A DNA stretch of 64,000 nt from contig CAZYDG010000072.1 in the NCBI GenBank assembly GCA_964645835.1, positions 6,582 to 70,581 on the forward strand, given 5' to 3'. This stretch comes from an uncultured Syntrophaceae bacterium. GTDB lineage: Bacteria; Desulfobacterota; Syntrophia; Syntrophales; UBA8958. A program made the translations under genes and the position numbers. Numbering within the stretch: position 1 is the stretch's first letter; every line of letters starts with the position of its first letter. Positions 62,683 through 64,000 of this stretch are shown piece after piece. Under the pieces are notes generated by a model. The model saw only the letters and a program-made list of their open reading frames with translations. It was not told where the DNA came from and did not search any database.

Positions 62683-63852
62683 ATGAAAATATTATTATTG
62701 ACAAGCGGATTCCCCAAAGGAGAGCGTATCGGCGGTATCTGGATACCTGAACTCATCCGTTCATTGAACCACTTGGGATGCGATGTCCACATTCTCACAC
62801 AAAATTGCGACCATTCCAAAACGATTTCGGAAACTCTCTGGCCGGGATGCCGTGTCACCTATTTTAACTGGCGTGGCGGCGACCTTCCCCTGATTAGCGT
62901 TCTTGGTCTTGGAATATCAGGAATACCTTTAGCGTCTCAATTCGTTATCAATGGAGTCCTTGAAGGGCGAAAGATTTGTCGACAATGGAAACCGGATGTC
63001 ATATTTGCCGAATGGCTTGTACCTTCCGGAATTATTGCATATCTCATTGCTAAATTAACAAAGATTCCTTATGCTGTGCGTACGTTGGGGTCAGATGTGC
63101 TAAAGGCCGAGCAAAACGGACTTATCCGGATTGTCGCCCGCTTGATTGCTGAAAACAGTGCCATGCTTTTTGCTGACGGTTTTGATCTGTGCAGTAAGAC
63201 ATCTAACCTTGCGGGGGGTAAACCATGCGTCTTCGCTGCAACCAGTAGACAGCTGGCGATGCTGAGATCAGATTTTAAACAGCCGATGGATGACGGAATC
63301 TTCACAACCTGCACGGTCGGCCGTCTCCACCCGGTTAAAGGACAGGATATTCTGGTTGATGCGGCCAAAATCCTGGCGCAAAGGAACATCCCTTTCCGCT
63401 CTTATATTGTGGGTGATGGTCCGGAACGTAACCGGCTGCAGGAAACCATAACCCGGATGGGACTTGGTAGTAAAGTTATTCTAACCGGCAGGCTCGAAGA
63501 CGGGGATATTGCAGAACTTCTTCGGCATGTGGATTGTGTAATCATTCCCTCGCGGAGCGAAAGTATCCCCTTGTCATTCGGTGAGGCCATTAGTGCAAAA
63601 AAACCTCTTATCGTCTCCAGTGTTGGTGATCTGCCGTATCTGGTCGATAAATATGGTCTTGGATATGTGGTCCCGGTGGATGATACCGTTTCACTGGCCA
63701 ATGCAATTGAGCAAATGCACCTGCATCCTCGCAACCATTTATTTGCGGAAGCAAAGATTTATGATGAATTGATGACTATGCTCAGCTCAAAGGGCGCAGC
63801 CCAAACTATCTACGAAACTATTCAAGCTTATCAGGGGAAGAATTGCGCATGA
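62683..63852 (+). CDS. family 4 (GT-B, Glycos_transf_1) glycosyltransferase
   Basis: Motifs are [10 protein letters not shown] and [31 protein letters not shown]. Confidence 0.85.
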   Translation: MKILLLTSGFPKGERIGGIWIPELIRSLNHLGCDVHILTQNCDHSKTISETLWPGCRVTYFNWRGGDLPLISVLGLGISGIPLASQFVINGVLEGRKICRQWKPDVIFAEWLVPSGIIAYLIAKLTKIPYAVRTLGSDVLKAEQNGLIRIVARLIAENSAMLFADGFDLCSKTSNLAGGKPCVFAATSRQLAMLRSDFKQPMDDGIFTTCTVGRLHPVKGQDILVDAAKILAQRNIPFRSYIVGDGPERNRLQETITRMGLGSKVILTGRLEDGDIAELLRHVDCVIIPSRSESIPLSFGEAISAKKPLIVSSVGDLPYLVDKYGLGYVVPVDDTVSLANAIEQMHLHPRNHLFAEAKIYDELMTMLSSKGAAQTIYETIQAYQGKNCA

Positions 63853-64000
63853 ACAAAATATTGGTAACAGGTGCGGCGGGATTTATCGGCAGTCATCTTG
63901 CGGAAAGTCTCGTCCAAAAAGGCCATCATGTCAAGGCCTTTGTCCGCTACAATTCGCAAAGCAACTGGGGATGGCTTGAGAAATCGCCTTACCGAAAGCA
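63849..64000 (+). CDS. NAD-dependent epimerase/dehydratase, N-terminal part (runs off window end)
   Basis: [21 protein letters not shown] is the Rossmann GxxGxxG motif. The start overlaps the upstream stop (ATGA). Confidence 0.8.
   Translation, partial: MNKILVTGAAGFIGSHLAESLVQKGHHVKAFVRYNSQSNWGWLEKSPYRK

Overview
This 64 kb chromosomal window comes from an anaerobic, fatty-acid/acyl-CoA-metabolising bacterium. Gene content suggests a syntrophic deltaproteobacterium (Syntrophus/Smithella-like), but that is inference only. All protein family calls rest on motifs read from the translations and on alignments recalled from memory; no BLAST, HMM or RNA folding was possible.

Most of the window is ordinary operon-packed coding sequence:
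- acyl-CoA dehydrogenases, a CoA-transferase, and a thiolase-fold/DUF35/SCP2 cluster
- 2-oxoacid:ferredoxin oxidoreductase, MsrAB, and a large FAD/Fe-S oxidoreductase
- a GAF-PP2C/RsbW-like and STAS partner-switching pair, and a hybrid histidine kinase
- transporters, a lexA-dinB SOS module, and the start of a glycosyltransferase cluster

Things an automatic annotation would probably miss:
1. A MerB-like (alkylmercury-lyase fold) gene reads through two in-frame TGA codons. They sit at the positions of MerB catalytic Cys96 and Cys159, and each is followed by a hairpin at SECIS distance. This is a candidate di-selenocysteine enzyme.
2. A peroxiredoxin-like gene has a U-x-x-C redox motif encoded by an in-frame TGA plus a hairpin.
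3. A modular, palindromic, MITE/REP-like intergenic repeat is present in six full copies, one truncated copy, and several solo ends. It creates spurious ORFs and false gene ends.
4. An AT-rich three-gene cassette encodes a 708-aa protein with a SpoT/Mesh1-type HD domain flanked by two small membrane proteins. Its function is unknown.
5. The beta-oxidation-like cluster has two thiolase-fold proteins that both appear to lack the catalytic Cys and His. It is organised like the actinobacterial igr/Ltp2-ChsH-ChsE aldolase module.
6. An IS4-family element truncates a lipase gene.
7. There is an orphan Hcp (T6SS tube) gene.
8. There are several gene remnants and one nonsense-interrupted MaoC dehydratase.

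No rRNA, tRNA or CRISPR array was seen.
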